NCBI GenBank assembly: GCA_030390025.1
Contig: CM059452.1
Span: 7,378,001-7,442,000 of the forward strand
Reading direction: 5' to 3'
Source: Squalus acanthias
Taxonomy: Eukaryota
Length of the DNA stretch: 64,000 nucleotides
The translations under genes and the position numbers were made by a program. Shown one piece after another: positions 1 through 13,385 of this stretch. The notes beneath the pieces were generated by a model. The model had not been told where the DNA came from. It saw only the letters and a list, made by a program, of their open reading frames with translations, and did not search any database. Every line of letters begins with the position of its first letter. The stretch's first letter is position 1.

Positions 1-445
1 GTGTTACGGCACGGGAGACTGACAGCGAACTCTCCGTTTCACTGTATTTCATGGCCTACAGTCACTGTGAGCTCCGATGAGGGAGGATAACAATTCTTCA
101 ATCCAAAATGTTTCCTCAGTGTGCCATAAACAGTCAGTTGTGTAGATCATACACTAGGCCCTGTCTCAGCTATTACTGCACCAGGACATGTCTATCTATA
201 TTACACTAGGCCCTTTCTCAGTTATTACTGCACTAGACCATGTCTCTGTTTACAGTACACTCGGCCCTGTCTCAGTTAATACTGCACTAGACACTGTCTC
301 TGCATATATTAGATTAGGCCCTGTCTCAGTTATTACTGCACTGGACACTGCATCTGTTTGCATTACGCTGGGCCCTGTCTCTATTATTACTGCACTAGAC
401 CATGTTTCTGTTTATATTACACTAGGCCCCTTCTCAGTTATTACT

Positions 446-2026
446 TTTTTTTATTCGTTTATGCGATGTGGGCGTCGCTGGCAAGGCGAGCATTTATTGC
501 CCATCCCTAGTTGCCGTTGAGAAGGTGGCGGTGAGCCGCCTTCTTGAAACGCTGCAGTCCGTGTGGTGATGGTACTCCCACAGTGCTGTTATGTAGGGAG
601 TTCCAGGATTTTGACCCAGCGACGATGAAGGATCAGCGATATACTTCCAAGTCAGGATGGTGTGTGACTTGGAGGGCAACTTGGAGGTGGTAGTGTTCCC
701 ATGCGCCTGCTGCCCTTGTCCTTCTAGGTGGAAGAGGTCGCGGGTTTGGGAGGTGCTGTCGAAGAAGCCTTGGAGAGTTGCTGCAGTGCATCTTGTAGAT
801 GGTACACACTGCAGCCACGGTACGCCGGTGGAGGAGGAAGTGAATGTTTAAGGTGGTAGATGGGGTGCCAATCAAGCGGGCCGCTTTGTCCTGGATTATG
901 TCGAGCTTCTTGAGTGTTGTTGGAGCTGCACTGATCCAGGCAAGTGGAGAGTATTCCATCACACTCCTTACTTGTACATGTAGGTGGTAGAAAAGATTTG
1001 GGGAGTCAGGAGGTGAGACACGCGCCGCAGAATACCTAGCCTCTGACCTGCTCTTGTTGCCACAGTATTTATGCGGCTGGTCCAGTTAAGTTTGTGGTCA
1101 ATGGTGACCCCAGGATGTTGATGGTTGGGGATTCGGCGATGGTAATGCCATTGAATATCAAGGAGTGGTGGTTACACTCTCGCTTGTTGGAAATAATCAT
1201 TGCCTGGCACTTCTGTGGCGCGAATGTCACCTGGCACTTATCAGCCTAAGCCTGAACCTCGTCCAGGTCTTGTTGCATGCGGACATGGGCTGCTTCATTA
1301 TGTGAGGAGTTGTGAATGGCACTGAACACTGTGCAGTCATCAGCGAACATCCCAATTTCTGACCTTATGTTAGAGGGAAGGTCATTGATGAAGCAGCTGA
1401 AGATGGGTGGGCCTAGGACACTGCCCTGAGGAACTCCTGCAGCGATGTCCTGGGGCTGTGATGATTGACCTTCAATCACCACAAACATCTTCCTTTGTGC
1501 TATGTTAGACTCCAGCCAGTGGAGAGTTTTCCCCCCGATTACCATTGACTTCAGTTATACTAGGGCTCCTTCATGCCACACTCGGTCAAATGCTGCCTTG
1601 ATGTCACCTCTCCTCTGGAATTGAGCTCTTGTGTCCATGTTTGGACCAAGGCTGTAATGAGGTCGGGAGCCGAGTGGCCTTGGCGGAATACAAACTGGGC
1701 ATCAGTGAGCAGGTTATTGGTGAGTAAGTGCCGCTTAATAGCACTGTCGATGACACCTTCCATCACTTTGCTGATGATTGAGAGTCGACTTATGGGGCGG
1801 TAATTGGCTAGATTGGATTTGTCCTGCTTATTGTGGACAGGACATACCTGGGTAGTTTTCCACATTGTCGGATAGATGCCAGTTTTGAAGCTGTAATGGA
1901 ACAGCTTGGCTCGAGGCGCGGCTATTTCTGGAGCACAAGTCTTCATCGCGATAGCCGGGATGTTGTCAGGGCCCATAGCCTTTGCTGTATCAGATGCGCT
2001 GAGCAGTTTCTTGATATGATGTGGAG
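446..2026 (-). mobile_element. 5'-truncated, degenerate CR1-clade LINE (RT region and 3' end)
   Basis: ORF pieces KAMGPDNIPA..NYRPIS, GVPQGSVLGP..MFADD and EYSPLAW. T-rich tail at 446. Candidate TSD TACT at 442-445 and 2027-2030. Confidence 0.9.
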
Positions 2027-2299
2027 TACTGCACCAGAACATGTCTCTATTACACTAGACACTGTCTCAGTTATTACTGTACTGGATCATGACTCTGTAT
2101 ATATTACACTAGACCCTGTCTCTGTTTATATTACACTAGACCCTGTCTCTGTTTATATTACACTAGAACCTGTCTTAGTTTATATTACACTAGACCCTTT
2201 CTCTGCTTATATTACACTAGACCCTGTCTTAGATAATATTACACTAGACCATGTCTCTGTTTATATTACACCAGACGATGCCTCTGTTTATATTGGCCT

Positions 2300-2445
2300 C
2301 ATAACAATCATAGTAAATCATGATGTGGAGATGCCGGTGTTGGACTGGGGTGGACAAATGTGACAAGTCGCACAACACCAGGTTATAGTCCAACAGCTTT
2401 ATTTGAAATCACAAGCTTTCGGAGCGCTGCTCCTTCGTCAGGTGA
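2300..2445 (-). mobile_element. Short fragment resembling a Penelope-like element terminal repeat, inserted in the 27-bp array
   Basis: Non-satellite sequence containing a minimal hammerhead core of the kind found in PLE pLTRs. Confidence 0.65.
2409..2445 (-). ncRNA. Minimal type I hammerhead ribozyme motif
   Basis: Minus strand reads TCAC-CTGACGA-A-GGAGC(AGC)GCTCC-GAAA-GCTT-GTGA: stem I, conserved core, stem II and a palindromic stem III. Confidence 0.75.
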
Positions 2446-4166
2446 CCCTGTCTCAGTTATATCTGCACTAGACCCTGTCTCGCATAAATTTTACACTCCA
2501 CCCTGTCTCTGTTTGTATTACACTAGACGCTGTCTCTGTTTATATTACACTAGACCCTGTCTCTGTTTATATTACACTAGGCCCTGTCTCTGTTTGTATT
2601 ACACTAGACGCTGTCTCTGTTTATATTACACTAGATCCTGTCTCTGTTTATATCACACTAGACAGTGTCTCTGTTTTTATTACACTTGGCTCTGTCTCTA
2701 TTTATATTACACTAGGCCCTGTCCCTGTTTATATTACAATCCCTATCTCTGTTTATATGACATTAGACGCTGTCTCTGTTTATATTACACCAGGCCCTGT
2801 CTGTGTTTATATTACACTAGACGCTGTCTCTGTTTATATTAAACTAGACCCTGTCTTTGTTTATATTACACTAGACCCTGTCTCTGTTTTTATTACACTA
2901 AACCCTGTCTGTGTTTATATTACACTAGACGCTGTCTCTGTTTATATTACACTGGACCCTGTCTCAGTTATGATTGCTCTAGACCCAGTCTCTGTTTATA
3001 TTACAGTAGACCCTGTCTCTTTTATATTACACGAGACCCTGTCTCTGTTTATATTACACTGGACCCCGTCTCTGTTTATATTACACTAGACCCTGTCCCA
3101 GTTGTTACTGCACTAGACCCTGTCTCTGTTTATATTACACTGGGCCCTGTCCCTGTTTATATTAGAGTAGACCCTGTCTCTGTTTATATTACACTAGGCC
3201 CTGTCTCAGTTATTACTGCACTACACACTGTATCTATTTATATGACACTAGGCCCTGTCTCTGTTATATGACACTAGACTCTGTCTCTGTTTATATTCCA
3301 CTAGACCCTGCCTCTGTTTATATTACACTGGAACCTGTCTCTGTTTGTATTAAACTAGACCCTATCTCTGCTTATATTACATTGGATCCTGTCTCTGTTT
3401 CTATTAAACTTGATCCTATCTCTGCTTATATTACACTGGACTATGTCTCTTTTTTATATTTCAGTAGGCCCTGTCTCAGTTTATTTTACACTTGACCCTG
3501 TCTCTGTTAATATTATACTAGACCCTGTCTTAGTTTAGATTACACTAGACCCTGACTCTGTTTATATTACACTAGGTCCTGTCTCAGTAAATACTGCACT
3601 ACACACTGTATCTATTTATATGACACTAGGCCCTGTCTCTGTTTATATTACACAAGACCATTGTTTCAGTTTATATTACACCAGACGCTGTCTCTGTTTA
3701 TATTACACGAGGCCCTGTCTCTGTTTATATTATTCCAGACCCTGTCTCGGTTTATACTACACAAGGCCCTGTCTCAGTTATTCCTGCACTACACACTGTA
3801 TGTATATATATGACACTAGACACTGTCTCTGTTTATATTGCAGTAGACCCTGTCTCTGTTTATACTACACGAGACGCTGTCTCTGTTTATATTACTCGAG
3901 GCCCAGTCTCTGTTTATATTACACTAGACCCTGTCTCTGTTTATATAACACTAGACCCTGTCTCTGCTTATAATACAATAGACCCTGTCTCTTTTTTTAT
4001 TACACTAAACCCGGTCTCTATTTATATTACACTAGACCCTGTCTCTGTTTCTATTACACTAGACCGTGTCTCTGTTTATATTACACTAGACCCTGTCTCT
4101 GTTTATATTACACTAGACCCTGTCTCTGTTTATATTACACTAGACCCTGTCTCTGTTTATATTACA

Positions 4167-6427
4167 AACATAGAAACATAGAAGATAGGAGCAGGAGTAG
4201 GTCATTCAGCCCCTCGAGCCTGCACCGCCATTCAATGAGATCATGGCTGATCATCCAAATTCAGTACCCTGTCCCTGCCTTCTCTCCATATCCCTTGATC
4301 CCTTTAGTTTTAATAAATATACCTAACTCCTTCTTGAATATATTTAATGAATTGGCCTCTACTGCCTTCTGTGGTAGAGAATTCCACAGGTTCACCACTC
4401 TCTGGGTGAAGAAATTCCTCCTCATCTCAGTCCTAAATGGCTTACCCCTTATCCTTAGACTGTGACCCCTGGTTCTGGACTCCCCGGCCATCGGGAACAT
4501 CCTTCAAGCATCTAGTCTGTCTAGTCCTGTTAGAATTGTATAAGTTTCAATGAGATCCCCTCTCATTCTTCGAAACTCCAGTGAGTATAAGCCCAATCGA
4601 CCCAATCTCTCCTCATACGCCATTCCTGCCATTCCGGGTATCAGCCTGGTGAATCTTCGCTGCACTCCCTCCATGGCAAGAACATCCTTCCTCAGATAAG
4701 GCGACCAAAACTGCACACAATACTCAAGATGTGGTCTCACCAAGGCCCTGTACAACTGCAGCAAGACATCCTTGTTCCTGTACTCGAACCCTTTCGCTAC
4801 GAAGGCCAACATACCATTTGCCTTCTTAACCGCCTGCTGCACCTGCATGCTTACCTTCAGCGATTGGTGCACAAGGACACCCAGGTCTCGTTGCACTTCC
4901 CCTTCTCCCAATCTATTGCCATTCAGATAATAATCTGCCTTCCTGTTTTTGACACCAAAGTGGATAACCTCGCATTTATCCACGTTATATTGCATCTGCC
5001 ATGCTTCTGCCCAATCCCCCAACCTGTCCAAATCATACTGGAGTTTCTCGGCATCCTCCTCCCGGCATACACTCCCACCCAGCTTTGTGTCGTCTGCAAA
5101 CTTGGAGATATTACATCCAATTCCATCGTCCAGGTCATTAATATATATTGTGAATAGCTGGGGTCCCAGGACCGATCCCTGCGGTACCCCACTAGTCACC
5201 GCCTGCCACTCGGAAAAAGACCCATTTATTCCAACTGTTTGCTTTCTGTCTGCCAACCAGTTCTCTATCCAAGTCAATACCTTGCCCCCAATCCCATGTG
5301 CCTTAACTTTACACGCTAATCTCTTATGCGGGACCTTATCGAAAGCCTTCTGAAAGTCCAAATACACCACATCCACTGGTTCTCCCTTATCCATTTTACC
5401 AGTTACATTCTCAAAAAATTCCAGTAGATTAGTCAAGCACGATTTGCCTTTTGTAAATCCATGTTGACTTTGTCCGATCCTGTCACTGTTTTCCATGTGC
5501 TCTGCTATTACATCTTTTATAATGGACTCTAGCATTTTCCCCACTACCGATGTCAGGCTTACTGGTCTATAATTCCCCGTTTTCTCTCTGCCAGCTTTTT
5601 TGAATAGTGGGGTAACATTAGCTACCCTCCAATCCATGGGTACTGTTCCAGAGTGTATAGAATTTTGGAAGATGACCAGCAATGCATCTACTATTTCTAA
5701 GGCCACTTCCTTAAGTACCCTAGGACGTAGATTATCAGGCCCTGGGCATTTGTCGCCCTTCAATCCCGTCAATTTCCCTAACACTATTTCCCTACAAATA
5801 CTGATTTCTTTCAGTTCCTCCTTCTCATTAGACCCTATGTTCCCTGACATCTCTGGGAGGTTATTTGTGTCCTCCTTTGTGAAGACAGAACCAACGTATG
5901 TATTTAATTGGTCTGCCATTTCTTTGTTCCCCATTATAAAATCCCCTGATTCTGACTGCAAGGGACCTACGCTTGACTTCACCAATCTTTTTCTCTTCAC
6001 ATATCTGTAAAAGATTTTACAGTCAGTTTTTATTTTTATCGCAAGCTTACTCTGATACTCTATTTTCTCCCTCTTAATTAATCCCTTTGTCCTTGTTTGC
6101 TGAATCCTGTACTGCTCCCAATCCTCAGGTTTTCTGCTTTTTCTGGCCAATTTATATGTCCTTTCCTTGGATCTTATGCTATCCCTAATTTCCTTTGTTA
6201 GCCACGGTTGAGTCACCTTTTTTGTTTTATTTTTATTTTTATGCCAAACTGGAATGAACAAATTCTGTAGTTCATTCATGCGATCTTTGAATGCTTGCCA
6301 TTGCCTCTCCACCGTCAACCCTTTGAGTGACATTCCCCAATCAATCCTACCCAACTCGCGCCTCATACCATCGTAGTTTCCTTTATTTAAATTCAGGACC
6401 CTAGTTTCTGAGTCAACTACTTCACTC
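4167..6427 (-). mobile_element. CR1 LINE, 5'-truncated, with long RT ORF (4504-6366) and (AACATAGA)-type 3' tail
   Basis: 620-aa ORF with NYRPVSLTS, YLDFQKAFDKV, GVPQGSVLGP, KFADD and LVRPHLEYC. TTACA flanks both ends (4162-4166, 6428-6432). Confidence 0.95.
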
Positions 6428-9400
6428 TTACACTAGACCCTGTCTCTGTATATATTGCACTAGACCCTGTCTCTGTTTATATTAAAGTAGACCCTGTCTC
6501 TGTTTAGATTAAACTTGACCCTGTGTGTGCTTATATTACACTAGACCATGTCTCTGTTTATAATACACTAGACACTGTCTCTGCTAATATTACACTAAAC
6601 CCTGTCTCTGCTTATTTTACACTAGACCCTGTCTCTGTTTATGTTACACTGGATGCTGTCTCTGTTTGTATTACACTAGATCCTGTCTCTGTTTATATTA
6701 CACTAGACCCTGTCTCTGTTTATATTACACTAGACCCTGTCTCAGTTTATATTACACTGGACACTGTCTCAGTTTATATTACACTGGACACTGTCTCAGT
6801 TTATATTACTCTAGCCCCTGTCCCAGTTGTTAATGCACGAGACTCTGTCTCTGTTTATATTACACTGGGCCTGTGCCTGTTTATATTACAGTAGACCTGT
6901 CTCTGTTTATAATATACTCGGCCCTTTCTCTGTTAGATTACACTTGACCCTGTCTCTGTTAATATTATACAAACACTGTTTTAGTTTAGATTACACTTGA
7001 CCCTGTCTCTGTTTATATCACACTAAGCCCTGTCTCAGTTATTACTGAACTACACACGGTATCTATTTATATGACACAAGGCCCTGTCTCTGTTTATATT
7101 ACACTAGACCCTGTCTCAGTTATGATTGCTCTAGACCCTGTCTCTGTTTATATTACACGAGGCCCTGTCTCTGTTTATATTATTCTAGACCCTGTCTCTG
7201 TTTATATTACACTCGGCCCTGTCTCTGTTTATATTACCCTAGAGCCTGTCTCAGTTTATATTTCACTGGGCCCTGTCTCGGTTATGAATCCTCAAGACCC
7301 TGTCTCAGTTTACATTACACTCGACCCTGTCACAGTTTATATTACACTAGACCCTGTCTCAGTTGATATTACGCTAAACGCTGTCTCTGTTCATATTACA
7401 CGAGGCCCTGTCTCTGTTTATATTACACGAAACGCTGTCTCTGCTTATATTACAATAGACCCTGTCTCTTTTTTTATTACACTAAACCCGGTCTCTGTTT
7501 ATATTCACTAGGATCTGTCTCTGTTTCTATTACACTGGACCCTGTCTCTGTTTATATTTCAATGGGCCCTGTCCCTGTTGATATTACACTGGGCCATGTC
7601 TCTGTATATATTACACTAGACCCTTTCTCTGTTTTTATTAAAGTAGACCCTGTCTCTGTTTATATTACACTAGGCCCTGTCTCTGTTTATATTACACGAG
7701 GCCCTGTCTCTGTCTATATTACAATAGACCCTCTCTCTGTTTATATTGCACTGTACCCTGTCTCTGTTTATATTAAACTAGACCCTGTCTGTGTTTATAT
7801 TACACTAGACCCTGGCTCTGTTTTTATTACACTAAACCCTGTCTGTGTTTATATTACACTAGACGCTGTCTCTGTTTATATTACACTAAACCCTGTCTCA
7901 GTTATTACTGCACTAGAACCTGTCTCGCATTACAAACACTCGAACCTGTCTCTGTTTCTATGATACCAGACGCTGTCTCTGTTTATATTACACTAGACCC
8001 TGTCTCTGTTTATATTACACTAGACTCTGTCTCTGTTTATATTACACGAGATCCTGTCTATATTTATATTGGACTAAACCCTGTCTCTGTTTATATCTCA
8101 CTAGATTCTGTCTCTGTTTGTGTTACACTTTGCCCTGTCTCTCTTTATAGTACACTGGTCCCTGTCCCTCTTTATATTACAGTAGACCCTGTCTCTGTTT
8201 ATATTACACTAGGCCCTGTCTCTGTTAGATTACACTAGACTCTGTCTCTGTTTATATTACACTAGACCCTGTCTCTGATTATATTACACTAGACCCTCTC
8301 TCTGTTTATATTACAGTAGGCCCTGTCTCTGTCTGTATTAACTAGACCCTGTCTGTACTTATATTGCACAGGACCCTGTCTCTGTTTATATTACAGTAGG
8401 CCCTGTCTCACTTTATTTTACACTTGACCCTGTCTCTGTTAATATTATACTCGACCCTGTCTTAGTTTAGATTACACTAGACCCTGTCTCTGTTTAAATG
8501 ACACTGGGCCCTGTCCCTGGTTATATTACAGTAGTCCCTGACTCTGTTTATATTACACTAGGCCCTGTCTCTGTTAGATTACACTAGACTCTGTCTCTGT
8601 TTATATTACACTAGACCCTGTCTCTGATTAAATTACACTAGTCCCTCTCTCTGTTTATATTACAGTAGGCCCTGTCTCTGTCTATATGAAACTAGACCCT
8701 GTCTCTACTTATATTGCACTGGACCCTGTCTCTGTTTCTATTAAACTAGATCCTGTCTCTGCTTATATTACACTGGACCCTGTGTCTGTTTATATTACAG
8801 TAGGCCCTGTCTCACTTTATTTTACACTTGACCCTGCCTCTGTTAATATTATACTAGACCCTGTCTTAGTTTAGATTACACTAGACCCTCTCTCTGTTTA
8901 TATTACACTGCACGCTGTCTGTGTTTATATTACACTAGACTCTGTCTCTCTTTATATTACACTTGGCCCTGTCTCTGTTTATATTACACTGCACTACATA
9001 CTGTCTCGCATTATATTACACTAAATCCTGTCTCTGTTTCTGTTACACTGCACGCTGTCTGTGTTTATATTACACTAGACTCTGTCTCTCTTTATATTAC
9101 ACTTGGCCCTGTCTCTGTTTATATTACACTAGACTCTGTCTCTGTTTATATTACACTTGGCGCAGTCTCTGTTTATATTACACTGGACCCTGACCCTGTT
9201 TATATTACACTAGACCCTGTCTCTGTTTATATTACACTAGACCCTGTCTCTGTTTATTTTAAACTAGAACTTGTCGCTGTTTATCTTACACTAGATCCTA
9301 TCTCAGTCATTACTGCACTAGACCCTGTCTCTGTTTTTTCCGCCAGTGACCTTCAGACCCTCGCTCCCTGTTTCCCTGAAGTATCGCTGCACGTCGTTCG

Positions 9401-10770
9401 TCGTTTCTTCGGATTCTTTCTGTGCCTCCCGGCCACGGGAACATCTCCTGATTTTTCTGGTTAGACCCGAATATCTTCCGATGTTTTCCTTCTGGTGCTG
9501 CGCTGCTTTTCCACTAAAACCCTGGAGTTCAGGCATGCGATGGAATAGCATATCTGGTTAAGCGAGGGAAGAAACAACGACCCTTCTGATGGGGCTGGAC
9601 GGAAGTTTGGGAATGGGTGGAGTTGGTATTTTAACTCTGTGTCTGCCTCAATCCGTCTCCCCAACACCTCCACCACCCCACCACTCTAACCGGGGGCCTC
9701 GGTCCGCTCTAATTTCATACCCGTCTCTCTGACCCCGGGTTCGGTGAGTTTCAGGAAGTGATTAAGCCCATCAAGTCTGCACTTTCCTTCTCGCTCCTCA
9801 CTCCATTTACGATTCCTCTTTTGAGACTCCTATCCAGTTAATGATTAAAATAATTATTGCAGTTATTCCACATTTTCACTTGCTTCTGTGTAAAGAATTG
9901 TTTTTCTCACCATAAAAATGTATCTTTTGCCGGATTCACTCGGTTAATGACTCAGTCATGGAGGGCTGCGACTTCCACAATGCGCAGACGTAGGGTAAAC
10001 CCCATCTTTCAGAATGAGAGAACTTTTCGCACATGCGCTCCTCAGCAACCGTTTTCCGACAACTTTATAATTCTCTCGCGCGCTAAATTTTCACTTTTAA
10101 GATGGGGAGGTTATTTTAATGTAAAGTGAAGTCACTTTTCCTTTCAATCAAGCTGTTTTATTTAAATAAACGGCTGACTTGCGCAACGTATTACGTCACA
10201 CAAACGTGGCCGTCTGTATGTCACACAGACATGGCCGCCGGTTTGCCCTGCAGTGGATGACGCCACAATCCTTTCCGCACGTCACAGCACCGTGATTGGC
10301 TGTTTCTCCCATTGATTCAGTGTCGGAGGACACGGGCCGTCTCCAGCCTCCGCTCAGCGCTTAAGAGCCCAGTTGGTGCAGCCTGTGACCCTGACTCGGC
10401 CTGTGACCCCGGGGGTTCAGTCAGGGCCGGTTAAGCAGGCCACGCACCACCCAAGCTGTTTCTGTTAGTTTTTGTTCTTAGGACTTAAAGAATGGGAAGA
10501 AAGTGACATTTAACTCTTTAAATATTCGTTTGTTCAAAAGCAAGCATCTCTATCGGCCAATAACTCATTACAAATTCCTTAAGCAAAGCTGTGAAGTAGG
10601 ATCAGTACTGGCCACTGGGAGTGTTGGCCTGGATTATGGACTCAATTGTTTGGAGTGGGAATTGAATCCAACGACATTCTGACTTAAAACCGAAAGTTTT
10701 ATTCACTGAGCCACGGCTGACACGTTCCCGTGAACTGGAGGCACCGTCGGCGGCAGTTTTATTTCCCTGA

Positions 10771-10809
10771 GGTTTTTGTACAGCGACAGATGAGTTTTAA
10801 AACATTGTG
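10771..10809 (-). promoter_or_regulatory. 23-RSS of V1
   Basis: CACAATG-23 bp-ACAAAAACC. Confidence 0.9.
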
Positions 10810-11252
10810 ATTCTCAGCCCGCAGAAATATACAGCGGTGTCCTGGATTTCTGCTCGAGTGATTGTTAAAGGAAACTTCTTTTCTGCATTTGCCTGGCCGG
10901 CCTCGAAACTTCCCTTGGCAAAATCCGCCTCGTATTTTCTGCTTTTATCCCGGTGCAAAATAAAGCGCGGAGCCTGGTTCGTGTGCTGTCGGTACCAGTA
11001 CAGATCGGGGTTACCGTTTCTTGTTGTGTAACTACAGTCTATTTTCACAACATCTCCTTCAGTGACATTCAACGCGGTCTGAGGTTGTGACACCGAATCT
11101 GCCTCAATCTGCCCTGAAATAAAAGTTAACTGAGGGTTGAATACAATACTGAGATAGCAAGTCTACCAACATCACATCAGTGCAAACAGACACAAGGCAT
11201 GGCCATACCTACCGAACACCAGCCACAATATAACGAGGTGACGGTACGACAT
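10810..11252 (-). CDS. TRAV/DV: TCR alpha/delta V segment (V1), open frame; leader 11252-11213, V exon 11113-10810
   Basis: Leader MSYRHLVILWLVF with GT/AG splice sites. DSVSQ..IDCSY..LYWYRQ..DTAVYFCGLR, followed by an RSS. Confidence 0.9.
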
Positions 11253-11429
11253 GGGCTCTATTGTATCTTCACCAACAATCCCTTGGATTAACAGTTCTAT
11301 TTCCCGTTGCAGTAAGTTATACTGAGTATAGTGAGAAACTTTTCGATAGGAAGATATTACAGAAGGTGAGGGAGTATCGCGTGCAATTCTGCTGCTGGTA
11401 AAAGGGACCTAATGCATTAATTGGGTAAC

Positions 11430-11770
11430 AGCAACTTAACTCCGCCCCTGCCTCAGCTCACCTTCTGCTGAAACCCTCATCCGTGTCCTCGTTACATCGA
11501 GACTCGACTATTCCAAAGCTCTCCTAGCCGACCTCCTACCTTGCACCCTCTGCAAAGATGAGCTCATCCAAAACTCTGCTGCCCTTATCCTAACTCGCTG
11601 CGTGTGCCGTTCACCCATCACGCCTGTTCTCGTTGACCTACATTGACTCCCGGTCCGAAAACGCCTCGATTTTAAAATTGACATTCTTGTTTGCAAATCC
11701 ATACATTGTCTCGCTCCTCTCTCTATCTCTGGGCCCTCATCCAGCCCTACAACCCTCCAAGACCTCTGGA
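11430..11770 (+). mobile_element. L2/CR1-type LINE 3' fragment
   Basis: Degenerate match to RT C-terminal motifs (RLDYS.ALL, LIQNSAA, HITPVL..LH, RLDFKI). Confidence 0.6.
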
Positions 11771-11816
11771 CTGTGGAAGATACAGAACAGATGAAATGTG
11801 TTTGATCCACAGTTAC

Positions 11817-11862
11817 CTGTCAGAAATGCCCACCACACAGCCCAGATGCTGAGTAGCCGCAT
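11817..11862 (-). pseudogene. Orphan TCR V leader exon (V13 family); V exon missing
   Basis: ATG..MRLLSIWAVWWAFLT G|GTAACT. Upstream flank is paralogous to 20690-21200 and 29020-29270. Confidence 0.8.
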
Positions 11863-12610
11863 TGTCGCTGTCTGCTCCGTAAAAGGGGGGTTGGATATTT
11901 GAAAACACTCGTACTAATCCCCGCCCTCAATAATCTCCTGTCGTGTCTCAGGATGCTCTGACCTCACTTTCTGGTGTCCCCAGTGGTGCTGTGAGACCGG
12001 TAGCTGGTGAGCTGGCTGCCAGTGAATGAAAACACCCCGAGCTGGGCTACAGTCATGGTCCTTATAGGGAATGTTTCCGCTTTTAGAGACCGGTGGGAAT
12101 TAAACCCTTTTCTGGTTATTGTAACCCGGAAGCTCAGCGATTGTTAATGGTGACATTAAACATTCTAGCGTTAAAGAGACATTCTGAAGGGCAATGGCCA
12201 TTGGGGAAATCTGTGATTGGTGCTTGTTTTAAAGAGCACAGTCACTACCTTGTGAAATCTGTTCATTGTGTATAAACTGTCTCTGGCCCAGCAACATACT
12301 CTGATCAAATAAACCGTGTGTACAGGCCGCGATCAAAGGGTCCGGGACACTGACAGGGGAGATGTGTAAAGGGCTGCACAATATTGCAGGCAGGCACCGA
12401 AAGGGCATCAAAGGACAAAAGGTAAATTAAGACAACACAAATAGATTTAGGGAGTTCATTTTCGTCTAAATACGAGTTTAAATCAATTAATATAATACTG
12501 TAGGGGACCTCACCAGTTCTTGTTGAGTGCCCTTTTTTGTCGCCCTTTTAAGAATCTCCCTGTGACTCTCACTGTGGAGGCTGAATTATCGCTTCTGGTT
12601 ATCGATGTGA

Positions 12611-12627
12611 GAGCGCCCTCTGGTGAT
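12611..12627 (-). promoter_or_regulatory. CTCF-binding motif about 24 bp 3' of the V2 RSS
   Basis: TCACCAGAGGGCGCTC on the minus strand. Confidence 0.7.
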
Positions 12628-12650
12628 CACTAACTGGAACTCTCAGTGCG

Positions 12651-12690
12651 TGCTTTTGTACGGGATCCGCTATATCTCTGCAGCAGTGTG
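12651..12690 (-). promoter_or_regulatory. RSS of V2 (24-bp spacer)
   Basis: CACACTG-24 bp-ACAAAAGCA. Confidence 0.8.
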
Positions 12691-13122
12691 GGGCTCATCG
12701 CACAGAAATAAACGGCGGTGTCGGAGACAAGCGCCCCAGCGATATTTAAAGGAACCGTTTTATTTATTTCGTTCATATCAGCAGAGAATCTGTCTGGTAA
12801 ATCTGGAGACTTGTCTCCATCCTCTGAGCTATATCTCTTCAGTAAATATCTCGGAGCTTCCCAGGGATACTGGATGTACCAGAACACAGTTGCACCAGCT
12901 GTCGAGTAACTGCAGCTCAGTAAGATGGTCTGTCCATCCTGAACCGTTAATTCAGAAGGATCCTGGAGCACTGAATCTTCGCCGTTCGTTCCTGTAACAA
13001 AACAGAGAATGTATCAAAAGTTTGGGAGTAAATATAACCCATGGAACACACACTAACCCTTTAAACATAGACTCACCGGGCAGCATGGGCATTAATATCA
13101 GTGAGGAACATGTGGAGCACAT
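12691..13122 (-). CDS. TRAV/DV: TCR alpha/delta V segment (V2), open frame; leader 13122-13077, V exon 12991-12691
   Basis: MCSTCSSLILMPMLP|GTNGEDSVLQD..LSCSYS..FWYIQ..DTAVYFCAMS. Splice sites intact. Confidence 0.88.
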
Positions 13123-13229
13123 GGTGCCTGGGTTAGAGTTTCACGGAAAATAGTCGAATGTTCTAAATATTCCAGTCCGATATTAAAGCTTAAACTCAGA
13201 TCAGGGACAGGCTTCACTTAAGGTTAAAG

Positions 13230-13385
13230 GGATCACTTAAGGCTAAAGGGATATGGGGAGAAAGTAGGGACATGGTACTGAATTTGGATGATCAGCCATG
13301 GTCTCATTAAATGGCGGAACAGGCTCGAGGGGCCGAATGGCCTACTCCGGCTCCTATCTTCTATGTTTCTATGTTTCTATGTTTC
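13230..13385 (+). mobile_element. CR1 3' tail fragment in the V2 promoter
   Basis: Matches the reverse complement of 4167-4310 and ends in (TTCTATGT)n. Absent from the paralogous V9 promoter. Confidence 0.8.

Larger units (their letters stand above)
150..9335. repeat. 27-bp minisatellite array (consensus ACACTAGACCCTGTCTCTGTTTATATT), roughly 190 units, interrupted by retroelement insertions
   Basis: Unit is visibly repeated. The ORF-track peptides (ITLDPVSVY)n and (CLCLYYTRP)n are its 9-codon translations. Confidence 0.95.

Noticed and set aside
30-69. CACTGTG heptamer at 63-69
   Set aside because: No nonamer at 12- or 23-bp spacing and no adjacent V, D or J coding sequence.
188-9193. Repetitive ORFs (ITLDPVSVY)n and (CLCLYYTRP)n
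   Set aside because: They are translations of the 27-bp satellite, with frequent frameshifts and no gene structure.
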